This document shows, in pieces, positions 13,301 through 24,800 of a DNA stretch of 64,000 bases. The notes beneath the pieces are model-generated. The model searched no databases. It had not been told where the DNA came from and saw nothing but the letters and a program-made list of their open reading frames with translations. The translations under genes were made by a program, and so were the position numbers. The stretch's first letter is position 1. Every line of letters begins with the position of its first letter. The stretch comes from Asterias rubens. Lineage: Eukaryota. The stretch lies in NCBI RefSeq assembly GCF_902459465.1, contig NC_047073.1, positions 1,612,001 to 1,676,000 on the forward strand. Reading direction: 5' to 3'.

Positions 13301-15872
13301 TTGAAGCGCCTTGAGTGTCACGTCACTAAGTGACGGATATGAGTGCAGTCCGGAGGTTGTTGGTTCAAACACCCCTCTAGTCAATTTTTCTTTGTTCGAC
13401 CCGGAAAAAAAAATATGTGTACTGAGGAAAAAATCTGTTGCACAAAACAAACAGGCATAACACCCAACAAACATACCAACAAACAGACTATCAGACAAAA
13501 CCCTACAAAGAAACTAACAATACAAGGTATTTACTTACAGTGAGTGTTAAATATTGCCATGATTCTTTAACTGTTCCACAGTTTGAACATTTTATCTGAA
13601 ACATAAAGAAAACAGCAATACCATTACAATACCATTACAAACAGTCATAACATTGAAGAAAATGGAAAAAACAAAACAAACAAACATGTGATATCCCTAA
13701 GAGACTCGTTTTTATGCAAAAGTTAACAAAGGGGTGTGTGGTGTAATCTTACGCCAAATATGCAAGAAAACACCTAGGCAAACCCCTTTATTTGTGATGA
13801 GTGCAAAATTGGAGAAAATTAAAAAAAAACAAAAAAACAAGCGATATCCCTAAGAGTAAGACACCCAATTTTAGCAAGGGTTTGTGCAATCTGCAGCCAC
13901 CAATGCCAAAAAAGCACTGAGGTAAACCCATTTTACTAGTGATGAGTGTAACTGGGTTCTTATTTAAATGACTTGCACAACACACTTTTAGAACTTTACA
14001 TCTCGTCAGAAGGATGAGGCAATAAGAGACTTGGTTTCTTGCTTAAAGGCACTGGACACTATTGGTTATTACTCAAAATAACTGCTTAAAGGCACTGGAC
14101 ACTATTGGTTATTACTCAAAATAACTGCTTAAAGGCACTGGACACTATTGGTTATTACTCAAAATAACTGCTTAAAGGCACTGGACACTATTGGTTATTA
14201 CTCAAAATAACTGCTTAAAGGCACTGGACACTATTGGTTATTACTCAAAATAACTGCTTAAAGGCACTGGACACTATTGGTTATTACTCAAAATAACTGC
14301 TTAAAGGCACTGGACACTATTGGTTATTACTCAAAATAACTGCTTAAAGGCACTGGACACTATTGGTTATTACTCAAAATAACTGCTTAAAGGCACTGGA
14401 CACTATTGGTTATTACTCAAAATAACTGCTTAAAGGCACTGGACACTATTGGTTATTACTCAAAATAACTGCTTAAAGGCACTGGACACTATTGGTTATT
14501 ACTCAAAATAACTGCTTAAAGGCACTGGACACTATTGGTTATTACTCAAAATAACTGCTTAAAGGCACTGGAAACTATTGGTTATTACTCAAAATAACTG
14601 CTTAAAGGCACTGGACACTATTGGTTATTACTCAAAATAACTGCTTAAAGGCACTGGACACTATTGGTTATTACTCAAAATAACTGCTTAAAGGCACTGG
14701 ACACTATTGGTTATTACTCAAAATAACTGTTGGCCAAAACACTTACTTGGTAACTAGCAATGAGCTAAAACATTGGAGTATAAACGGTTGGAGTACAAAA
14801 CATTATGAGAAATGGCTCTCTCTGAAGTAACATTGTTTTTGAGAAAGAGGTAAATTCTCACCCAAGTATTAAAAGACTTCAGGTCTGAAACCTTTTTCAG
14901 GCATCTTAAAGCACACAAATTTCTACAACAAGGGTGTATTTTTCTTTCATAATATCCTCTTGCAACTTCAATTACCAAACGAGTCAAAAATTTCACAGGT
15001 TTGTTATTTTATGTGTACATTGTATGTTGGGATACACCAAGTGAGAATAATGGCCTGTGACCATTACCGATTGTGTCCAATGTCTTTAAGAACTTTGGCC
15101 TAAGTGTCAAGACCAGTACTCAGTCCCACACTCTGATGGCACATACTCTGATGATAGGAAACACCAAAGCTATGTGCGCTAGACCTTGTCTACTTGGCTG
15201 CGACATGCCACATGCCATTTTTTGTTTTTATTCAAATAAAATAAAAATTCAAAAAGGTATTCCCTGCTTCTTACCTTGACATACCATCGGAAGTCTTCCC
15301 CATCTGGTTGTAAATTTGTTACATTCTCAAGATTGGCTTTAATCTGAAGCCCAATTTTCTGAAAGAATAATTTTGTGTAAAGAACACAATTCATTAATTT
15401 TGGTCTACACCCATGTGTTAGCACTGTATACTCAGTATAGAGTCTCAGTAATATTGCTGAGACTGATTGCAAATAATCTTGATAAAGTGATTTGATTGGC
15501 TAGACTGGTGCCCCAACACATGATGTCATCAAAGTTGTTAGTAGTTTTGTCATGCATACTTTATTACCACATTTATCTGAACCTGTTAGGATTTTCAAGT
15601 TTCAAATTATTATTTTTATTTGTTCGTTGCTTGTTGCTCATAGAAAACCTTAAAATTTGCATATATGAAAAGTTTTTTTAAAATTTAGCTGATTGTCAGA
15701 AAAATAAAGCCACACCATTGGGAAGACATGACTGGATTTACCCATATTTGCCGATATAAAACCTCCAACTATGCAGCTGTTTAAGTAGGTACCTGAACAC
15801 AAGTTTTAATTATTTGTATAAATTAACTCATTGTAACTTCACATAAACAGGCACAAACAAACCTACCACCAT
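10346..15872 (-). CDS. CZIB: CXXC motif-containing zinc-binding protein (C1orf123/UPF0587), complete, 160 aa. Exons (minus): 15872-15867, 15358-15275, 13595-13539, 12864-12783, 11934-11825, 10655-10593, 10426-10346.
   Basis: Spliced CDS is 483 nt: MV|[28 protein letters not shown]|IKCSNCG...|[27 protein letters not shown]|[37 protein letters not shown]|VGFQAKG...|EWADYDEK...TMK*. Both CXXC motifs are intact and the length equals the human protein. Confidence 0.95.
11281..11393. mobile_element. Short palindromic MITE family E; copies at about 22502-22665 and 40465-40620
   Basis: TIR GGGGTGGATTTCACAAAG / CTTTGTGAAATCGACCCC with repeated TCCTAAC/TTAGGAC internal motifs. Confidence 0.7.
11438..11778. 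mobile_element. TTAA-flanked MITE family B; second copy at 16070-16311
   Basis: TIR TTAAAGGAACACGTTGCCTTGGATCGG and its reverse complement at both ends. Confidence 0.85.
12069..12305. mobile_element. MITE family F; second copy at about 27600-27840
   Basis: Ends TAGCTTCCCTGGG..GACCCC and GGGAAGCTAATC; internal GGTGAGCCCC motifs collinear between the two copies. Confidence 0.75.
14043..14729. repeat. Tandem array of 16 x 43 bp, identical to the MITE-A terminus
   Basis: Unit TTAAAGGCACTGGACACTATTGGTTATTACTCAAAATAACTGC starts at 14043 + 43n up to 14688; one substitution seen, in copy 13. Confidence 0.97.
14688..15089. mobile_element. TTAA-flanked MITE family A (about 390 bp)
   Basis: Terminal inverted repeats TTAAAGGCACTGGACAC..GGT.ATT and reverse, with TTAA at both ends; internal sequence shared with many copies. 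Confidence 0.8.
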
Positions 15873-17269
15873 GGTTTTGAGTTTAGGATTCTTCTCACAG
15901 TAGCAACATGTATACACAGAGCTGGTTTGATCTGCAGGAAGAAAGCTAGCTGTGAGTAGAAGATAGAACTGTAGATAAAAGAGATTCAAAACTATTATAC
16001 AATTAAATATTAATAATAATGAATGAAAATTTAATATTATTTATAGCACCAGTCCGGGGTATCCAGAAATTAAAGGAACACTTTGCCTTGGATCGGTCGA
16101 GTTGGTCTTTGAAAAGCGTGTGTAACCGTTTGATATAAAACGCATATGGGTAGAAAGATGTTGTAAAACCTCGCAATTTCGAGGCAAATTTGTGTGGATC
16201 ATTGTATTCTACTTTTAAAACATCTTTCCAACCATATGCATTTTATAAAAAACGGTTACAAACGTATTTTATAGACCAACTCGTCCAATCCAAGGCAACG
16301 TGTTCCTTTAATTTGGGCACTGTCACAACAATGTGAACTAAATAATTTAGTAAGTTTTTGCGCATACAAGTAACACTATCACAACACACCTCTTGCTTGT
16401 TGTCGTTCTGTATTCTGGTTGGCTGAAACACGGTCATGTGGGGTGAACTATGGTCTAGTGATCGCCACATTTTGCGGGAATAGTGCCCGCCAGGCACTAG
16501 TTTTTCAAAAAAGTGCCTGGTTACAGCGCCCTCTCTTGACTTAAACTGTTACTAGCAACTACAAAACTTCCTTTTTTTCCCCATATTTCTGTTCTTATTT
16601 CACATTTAAGACCGAGTTGTGTTATAAAACAATTGGCTGGCATAATTTGGTAACTAGTATATTTATTTTCCCCCTCTACTCTCGGGCCTGTGAGTGACCA
16701 TGGGAGGGGCTTATTTCCCGAGGCCGAATAGGTCTTCTGGTCACTCCATTCAAAGTCCCTCGGGGAAAAGACGTACACTAGTTACACTGGTTAGTGGTTA
16801 CCTCATTGCCAGTCAGTAGTACTTCCGTACTAGTGTAGTAGTACTTAGTACTACTATTACTACTAGTACTACGGTAGTACGTAGTACAGCTACAGGCTTT
16901 ATCAATATGAAATTTCTCGACTCTACCACCATTTATGGCATGGTCTACCCTCTCGAGCTCAGCGACTATTTCTACCTCCATGCTCAGATCAGAGGCAGAC
17001 CACACTCCTCAGTGGTACTGTACTACTAGTACTACTGTCACTGACAGACGTCCTATGTATCTCACTATCAATCATCAGTCATCACCATACATAGTCATAG
17101 ACATGATATTGATAGAGAAAGGTCTACCAATCCATGGCATAATTAGCCCCCCCCCCCCAGGGCTAGGTATGCAGGATGACCACTGTCTGATCTGATGACC
17201 CATCATGGATGACCATACACCCATGACGAGAGACTAGTTTAGAAGTGTGGTCAAAGTGCAAAAAGGGGA

Positions 17270-17445
17270 TGCACCCGGACTTGTTGCAGCTCACCTACTG
17301 TGTGCGCACGTACGGTGGGTCGTGTGCACTGCTGACTGTGTGTGTAGTATACGAAATTCGTGTGCAGATTAGACACTCACTTCATCCACGACAACTAAAC
17401 TACACAGTGCAAAGTTTTCCGATGAAAATGCACAGAAGTAAGTAT
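17270..17445. promoter_or_regulatory. Putative bidirectional CZIB/ZIP promoter with clustered metal-response-element cores (TGCRCNC)
   Basis: MRE cores at 17270-17276 (+), 17303-17309 (+), 17302-17308 (-), 17322-17328 (-), 17360-17366 (-). Candidate UTR-exon donors point outward: minus TAG|GTGAG at 17295/17294 and plus GAA|GTAAGT at 17437/17438. Confidence 0.5.
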
Positions 17446-18440
17446 CTTTCATTCAAACCATTGGTATCCTAGTGACTGCTCATATGAGTGATACAATAAT
17501 TGAATTAAACTTTACCTTTTAGAGGCATTTTAAATGAATATTTACCTTGTTTGTGCGAGGTTCCAATGTGCACGTAGCATGCACGTATCACTTACAACAA
17601 GTAGTTTGGTGCCCTTATAGGTAAAATACAAAGAGTCGTTTAGTTACTTCTCGGTACCAGACATAGGCAGAAGTGGAAATTTTGTGGGAAGTAACAAAAA
17701 AGTTTTGAAATTTAGCTGTTGTCAGCAAATAAAGCCTTTTCATTGAACAAACGTAAGTGGATTTTGATCTGAACACTTATAGGGATAGAAAAAGTGGTAT
17801 TTTAAAAGCTTTTATCTCAGTATAGTGTCAGAGCAGAGGACAGGACTTTGGAAATATCTGAACTGAGTGTAGTGTGTAGTAGAACTATGTGCAGTGTAGA
17901 ACAATCAACCACACTCAACAAAGAAGAAGTAATTATGTAAATATTTAAGCTTATTTTTATCAATAAATTATTGGAAATTTGTTGTTTCCAACTGTCATAT
18001 AAGCTTCCTTTATTTAGGGCGAATTAAATCCATACTTCTCTGGAAAGGTTGACAGAATTTATACATCGAAAGGCATAGTTTTAAAAGTGTAAACAAACCA
18101 TTGTTAAAAAAAAATTAAAACAATGTGGCACTGCGAGTAGAAATGGAACTTTTTCTTGGTAATTGTCAATCCCTTTTGGTCGACCTAAGTTTTTATTTAA
18201 TTGTGAAGTTAACTCTAATTTTATTACTGTTTTATTTCAGTGCGGATGACGGGTGAAAACCAATTGCTATAAACTGTACCACCGAATTGATGTCACTTAT
18301 CTTTCAGAGAGAAATCAGTTTTTGTTTAATTGCAAGTAGTCAAAAAAAGAACACATCGATTTCAACGAGTTGTCACAATGGAGTTTAGAAAAACTATTTC
18401 ATCTTGTGAGGCAATGTAGCGTTTGGAAAGTATCGCTGTT

Positions 18441-19592
18441 ATGAAGACAACAGAATTTATCCCACCATCAAAAATGACGATGGACCCGTCCCACAGTAGC
18501 AATATGAAGCTACTGCTTCTGCAGCTGACTTGTATGATAGCCGTGTTCCTGATCACCCTAGCCGGGGCACTCCTTCCCCTTAAAGTGATCAAGACAAATA
18601 AGTCGATTCCCCTCAGTCGTCGTTTACGCTCGGAGAAGATATTGAGTTTCAGTAACTGCTTGGCAGGAGGTGTGTTTCTTGCGACTTGCTTCCTTGGGCT
18701 TCTCCCGTCCGCCAGGGAGAAGTTCCAGGAGGTTTTCGAGGCAAGGAACATTACGGTGAAGTATCCAATTTGTGAGGCCGTCGTGATCATGGGATTTTTT
18801 CTTATTTTGACATTTGAGCAGCTGGCATTGTCCATGCAGCAGTACTGGCAGGGCGCGAGAAAGGACAAACCCATTCCCATGATTAATATTGAAGCGAGTC
18901 TAGAATCTACCAAAGAAGATGGGAAGGTCAAGATCGACACTGATCACGAGGATGAGGAGGAGGATTTGGATTTGTTCAACCGAGACTCAGACAAACAACC
19001 CATGTTAAGCTCGTCCAATCATCACTCAAGTAATGGAGGTCGTTTCAGGGTCAAAGGTCATCACCCCGATGAAGCTGGCGATGCTGAAAATGGACACCAT
19101 TCCCACGAAGATGGACACAGTCACCTAGGCAACATAAATAACACCGGGTTGCTACGGTCCCTCATCCTTCTCTTCGCTCTTTCAACACATTCCGTCTTTG
19201 AGGGTATGGCTCTTGGTCTACAGGAGGACATCAAGAGTATAGTGTACCTCCTCGTCGCAATGCTCGCCCACGAGAGCCTCGCTGCCTTCGCCCTCGGTGC
19301 GAGCCTCATCAAGAACTCCGTCAACACCTACATGTTCATCGTTTACGGCGTGGTTTTCGCGGGGATGATACCGTGCGGGATCGCGCTCGGGCTCTGGATC
19401 CGCGCCTCACCCGGATTCGGGGCAATTGTCTGCTCGGCCGTCATGCAAGCCCTGGCGGCTGGAATCTTCATTTTCGTCACATTTTTCGAGATATTGAATC
19501 ATGAGTTTGAGGTGCACATGGATAGACCTCAGAAGATTGCCTTTGCCGTTTTGGGTTATGTGATTCTAGCTGCTTTGGAAGCTGTTGGATGA
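18441..19592 (+). CDS. SLC39A3: Zinc transporter of ZIP subfamily II (SLC39A1/2/3 pro-orthologue, ZIP3-like), intronless CDS. Start is 18441 or the ZIP3-like ATG at 18504.
   Basis: Uninterrupted ORF with eight hydrophobic segments. ZIP3-like N-terminus MKLLLLQLTCMIAVF..LLPLKVI, GGVFLATCFLGLLP, YPICE..GFFLIL.FEQ, His-rich loop GHHSHEDGHSH, TM4 HSVFEG, TM5 HE, TM7 AAGIFIFVTFFEIL. Confidence 0.93.
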   Translation: MKTTEFIPPSKMTMDPSHSSNMKLLLLQLTCMIAVFLITLAGALLPLKVIKTNKSIPLSRRLRSEKILSFSNCLAGGVFLATCFLGLLPSAREKFQEVFEARNITVKYPICEAVVIMGFFLILTFEQLALSMQQYWQGARKDKPIPMINIEASLESTKEDGKVKIDTDHEDEEEDLDLFNRDSDKQPMLSSSNHHSSNGGRFRVKGHHPDEAGDAENGHHSHEDGHSHLGNINNTGLLRSLILLFALSTHSVFEGMALGLQEDIKSIVYLLVAMLAHESLAAFALGASLIKNSVNTYMFIVYGVVFAGMIPCGIALGLWIRASPGFGAIVCSAVMQALAAGIFIFVTFFEILNHEFEVHMDRPQKIAFAVLGYVILAALEAVG

Positions 19593-21472
19593 TGATGTGG
19601 GGGGCAGGAGCTCTGCTGATCAGGGCCCAAATTCTTGGCTCTCCTTACTTTTGATTTGATTTAGATTTGATTACAGTAAGCAAACAGTTGGCATTTGCGG
19701 ACGCAGGGAATTATGCGCTTGGTCAAGCATATTTCATGGGTTAGTGGGGAATCTTGGCTTGTGCGTGTGCATACTCCATGTTACTAGGCATTCTACGCTT
19801 ACACAGCTACCGCTGAAATTTTATGCTTGCCGTGCAAGCGGAGAATGGTGATCGTAAGCGCAGGATTCGGCGGTAAGCAGAGCCATGAAATTGGGCCCAG
19901 GTTTTTGCACTCTCCAACGCTGTTAAAGGCTAACTAACCAATGAGTTTTTATTGCCATTAATTTTTAAAAGTGCTTACCAAATGATAACCTTCTGTTTAA
20001 AGAAGAAATATCAAAGTTTGTCTTTAATAATAGTTGAAGTTACTCTTCGACACTTCCCCCTCTCAAATTATTTGTATGAATGTCGGATTGCCCAGTAACA
20101 CAGCATAAAATTTCATAAAATTTATGTATAAATTGTCTGTAAATCTTTTGAACCAAAATAAGTGTTAATAAAGTAAACGAAACAAAAGGTGACGATTAAA
20201 ACTGAAAATATTGGTTTCTTGAGGGTTAAAGACAACTCTGGTAGTTTTACCAAAATATTTGAAGGTGCAATAAAGCAATGGACAAAATTATGCTGAGATT
20301 TTTATTAACGAAAAAAATTCTTATTTGTAAATTTCAGATGTTTTTTTTAATGACAGAACAAATAATATTCTTTCTTTTACATTATTTAATTTATACCGTG
20401 TGCCTTATAATTTTGTACTGTTTAATACTATGAATTTTCCAGCTTATTTCAGCCGATTTCTTATACAAAAAGTTCTTTTGCATCTTAAAATATGAATTTG
20501 TATACCTGGAATTTGTCATTGCATTTTTATACTTTAATGGTTTTAAAAGGAAGTTAAAATGTTCTCAAATTTTCTGATAACACAAAATAAACCTCAAAGC
20601 GTTAAAATTTTATTTACTTCATTCTGAATTAAAATATTTTTATTCAGTTAAAACGAAGGTAGAAACAGAGGTAAAGAGAGCAGAGCATTCAGGCCTGATG
20701 CTTTTACTAAGGCAAAAGGGGCAATTGCCACCATGCCTCTAGCCTTGTTGCCCCTTGAAATGTTCCAATAGAAATTTACAATTTCCTCCTACGGGTGCCC
20801 TTTACAAAGGAGAAGCACCTTTGTGCCCTTGATCTTTCTTTCAAGAACAAAAAGTCTGATGCTTCACCGAGGCAACAGAAGCAATCGCCTCCATGCCTCC
20901 GGGGCCCAATTTAATAAAGTCTGTAAGCACAAAAACCTGCTAAGCACAAAAAAAAAAATTACCAGCCTAAATTACATTGAAGTTTCGCTGTTGTGACTGG
21001 TACCCGACTCAATTTTTGCTTAACAGCTTTATGACATTGGGCACTGGTCATTGCCTTGTTGCCCATACTATAGATACAAATTTACAATTTCCTCCTAGAG
21101 GTGTCCTGTACAAAGGAGCAGCGCCTTGGTGCCCTTACACATTCAAGAACAAACCATCAGGCCTGAGCATTACTCATAAAAATTGTTATTAAATATACAT
21201 GATACTTTTATACATTTCTTATCAGGGTAGGGAAGTATCCCACAGAATTTGCTGAGCTGAACAATTTACTTAGCAAACAGTTATCTTTTAACCCCTCCTA
21301 TTGTCTGACCACTCTGTACCAACCGCAACGGTATTAACTGATAAAGGCCTTTAGACACTATCTCAAGTTTTGATCCATGGACAAAAAATACACGGTTCCA
21401 ATTGGTGTTGACTTCCAAAAAGTTCACAGCAGGGTTCAAATCAGGGCTCAATTTCAATGGCTCTGCTAATCG

Positions 21473-21860
21473 TTAAAAACACTGGACACTGTTGGTAATT
21501 GTCAAAGACCAGTCTTCTCACTTGGTGTGTCTCAACATACATATATATGCATAAAATAACAAACCTGTGAAAACTTGAGCTCAATTGGTCGTCGAATTTA
21601 CGAGATAATAGTGAAAGAAAAAAACACCCTTGTCACACGAAGCTGTGTGCTTTCAGTTGCTTGATTTTGAGACCTCAAATTCTAAATCTGTGATCTCGAA
21701 AATCAAATTCGTGGGAAGTTACTTCTTCCTCGAAACCTATTTTACTTCAGAGGGAGCCGTTTCTCACAATGTTTTATACAATCAACCTCTCCCCATTACT
21801 CGTTGCCAAGTAAGGTTTTAATAATTATTTTGAGTAACCAATAGTGTCCACTGCCTTTAA
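21473..21860. mobile_element. MITE family A; more copies at about 22197-22503, 23350-23652, 24161-24532, 31124-31479, 32508-32863, 47965-48300, 50230-50488
   Basis: Collinear internal sequence (CTCACTTGGTGTATCTCAAC..CAGAGGGAGCCGTTTCTCACAATG) and inverted ends. Confidence 0.85.
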
Positions 21861-24800
21861 TTTCTATCTACAGGATTCCAAATGTTATCTTGCATACGCG
21901 GTGGGCTTGGTCCACTTTCATAGTGAAGCTTAAAGGCAGTGGACACTATTGGTAATTACTCAAAATAATTTTTAACGTCCGATCCAAGGCAACGTGTTCC
22001 TTTAAGTAGCTCTATGAAATTGGGCCCTGGTGATGAAGACAACACTTGCCTTTCATATTTGAGGCTTAGCTAGTGCTACCCTTAACAAATACAAATATCA
22101 TGCAGATCAGTTCTCCTATGCAGTGCTAATTACTTTTTTGAGGGAAAAGGGATTAATTTAACAGTGGGCTGAAAAATGCTGGTACTAAAAATAGCGTAAG
22201 AGGCACTCGACACTTTTGGTAATTACTCAAAATAATTAATGGCATAAAAAGCGTACTTGCTAACGAGCAATGAAGAGCTGTTGATACTATAAAACATTGT
22301 GAGAAAGTTTTTGAGTTAGAGTTCTCATTCAAATAGGCATCTGAAAGCAAACAAATTTGTGCAACAAGGGTGTTTTTTCTTTCATTATTATCTTGAACTT
22401 GACCAATTGAGTAAAACTTTCACAGATTAGTAATTTTATGCATTTGTTGGAATTCACTAAGTGAGAATACTGGTCTTTGACAATTACCAAAGGTGTCCAG
22501 CCGTTGATTTCACCAAACTCATCCTAACTTGGGATTAATACTAGGATTTAGGACGAGTTAAGTTCCCTATCTGAAAGTGTATGACGCATTGAACCCATCC
22601 TAAGTTAGGACGGGTTACTCGTCCTAACTCGAGATAGGATTAATCCTAGCATTTTGTGAAATCGGCCGCAGTGCCTTTAAACTCTTATGAAAATAACGTC
22701 AGTAAGTTCCACTTTGTACAAAGAAAGTTACTCTCTTTAAGATTACAAAATAAGGAATATACACAGTATACATTATAAACGATTGTACTACAGACATCCG
22801 TCTGTTAAATTTCTTACATTGTACATGGTATTTTATATACACCGGCCCAAAGTTCACTAGACCAGGGGTGCGTTCCACTTGCGCAAACATATCGCAACCA
22901 TACACGCAAACATTTTTTATCATTGGAATGATCGGTTGCCCCCTCGTGTGTGGTATGAAGATGGCAACACCGTATAAAGATTTTTTGTAACATTGGTTTG
23001 TGATGTATTGAAGGTTCTTGTTTGTACATCATGACACCGACTGATTAAGTGGTTATTTCAACTCCACCTGACTGCGTTATTTTCACCGAAAACACACTGT
23101 AATTATGTTTGTGACAAGAAAATAATATTGCCTGCATATTGTGTTGTTGTCGGCCATTTTAAAATCACCCACCAACACCTCAGAAGTACATTCCCATATG
23201 GTTGCCAATGTTCGCCAACGATGGCGGTGCACAACTCATTCATTCTCAAAATTGTTGCCGTGCGCAAGTAGACCGCAATGTATAAGATGACTTTGAGAAG
23301 GGCACCTTCATTTAGAGGTAAACAAAATGCAGGTCATGTCCTGTGCGCTTTAAAGACACTGGACACAGTCTTCTCACTTGGTCACCTGATGTATCTCAAC
23401 ATATGCATAACATAACAAACCTGTGAAAATTTGAGCTCAATTGGTCGTCAAAGTTGCGAGATAAAAATGAAAGAAAAAACACCTTTGTCACACAAAATTG
23501 TGTGCTTTTAGATGCTTGATTTTGAGACCTCAAAATCTAATCTAATCTCACAGTGTTTTATACTATCAACAGCTCTCCATTACTCGTTACCAAGCAAGGT
23601 TTTATGCTAATAATTGTTTTGATTAATTACCAATAGTGTCCGGTGCCTTTAAGTACAAACATTTCTTATTGTTCCATAATGGTTTTACTTCTAAGATGGT
23701 GGCATGGTGATATCAAGGTACATTATCTCGAAAAGTTTACTAAGCAGAGTTAGATTATTGCTTAGCAGAAAAGTAACAAGCCAAAGTTATACTCAGTTAA
23801 ATCAAGTAAGAAATATATTCCAAAGGTTCAGTACTATGAGGTCTATAGAACAGTTTGTATAATTTCATAAAATGGTATATTGAGTTTTATTGGTGATAAT
23901 ATGTTCCACAATAAATTTGTTTGGGTAAGATATCCTTGAATTTGTTATGAAAACATTTAAACAAAATCAGGATATATGCTGTTTAATAAAAAGTTACGGA
24001 TCAATATAAACTTGTCGCTGTTCATTTGTTTGGTTTGCTTGGTTAATTTTAACAGTCCTTGTCTTCGGTAACATTCCCTCATCTCCCATTATTAGGGTTC
24101 GTTGAGTTATGGAAGACAGCCTACTCTCCAATCCTCTGTTGTTCAAGTTGACACTAATAGTTTACAGGCACTGGACACCTTTGGTAATTGTCAAAGACCT
24201 AGTATTTGCACTTGGTGTATCCCATAATACACATAAAATAACAAACCTATGAAAATTTTGACTCAATTGGTCATCGAAGTTGCAAAAGAATAATGAAAGA
24301 AAAACCACCCTTGTTGCACAATTCGGTGCTATCAGATACCTAATAAAATACTTCAAGCCTGAAGTCTTTTAATATTTGAATGATAAACTACCTCTTTCTC
24401 AAAAACTATGTTACTTAAAACTTTTTATCACAATGTTTTATACTATCAACAGCTCTCCATTGCTTGTTACCAAGTCAGTTTTTATGCTAACAATTATTTT
24501 CAATAATTACCAATAGTGTCCAGTGCCTTTAAAATTTTAAGTTTAAGATCGACATCAGGTGCAGCAGGCCTGGAATGTTGCCTTTGTTTTGGCCTTGGTG
24601 CCCCTTCGAAACTTTCCTGTAGACTTTAAGATTTCCCAGTGGAAGTGCCCTTTGCAAAACGAAAATGGCCTTGCCCTCTCGTAGATGAAATTCCAGGCCT
24701 GGCGCAGGCTTAACTTCCATCATGCTGGTCTTCCAAGGGCTCAAATTTAGGAGGAAAAAAGTTCTAAGACTGCAGGTCTTGTAGCTTGAAAATATTTACT

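Noticed and set aside
13253-13498. ORF containing CKVC as a candidate CZIB exon
   Set aside because: The real CXXC exons are 13595-13539 and 12864-12783; this ORF overlaps a SINE-like fragment and does not fit the phases.
14043-14729. CRISPR-like array
   Set aside because: Units are head-to-tail with no unique spacers, the host is eukaryotic, there are no cas genes, and the unit is a MITE end.
18362-18940. 192-aa antisense ORF
   Set aside because: Shadow frame of the ZIP CDS with no recognisable protein features.
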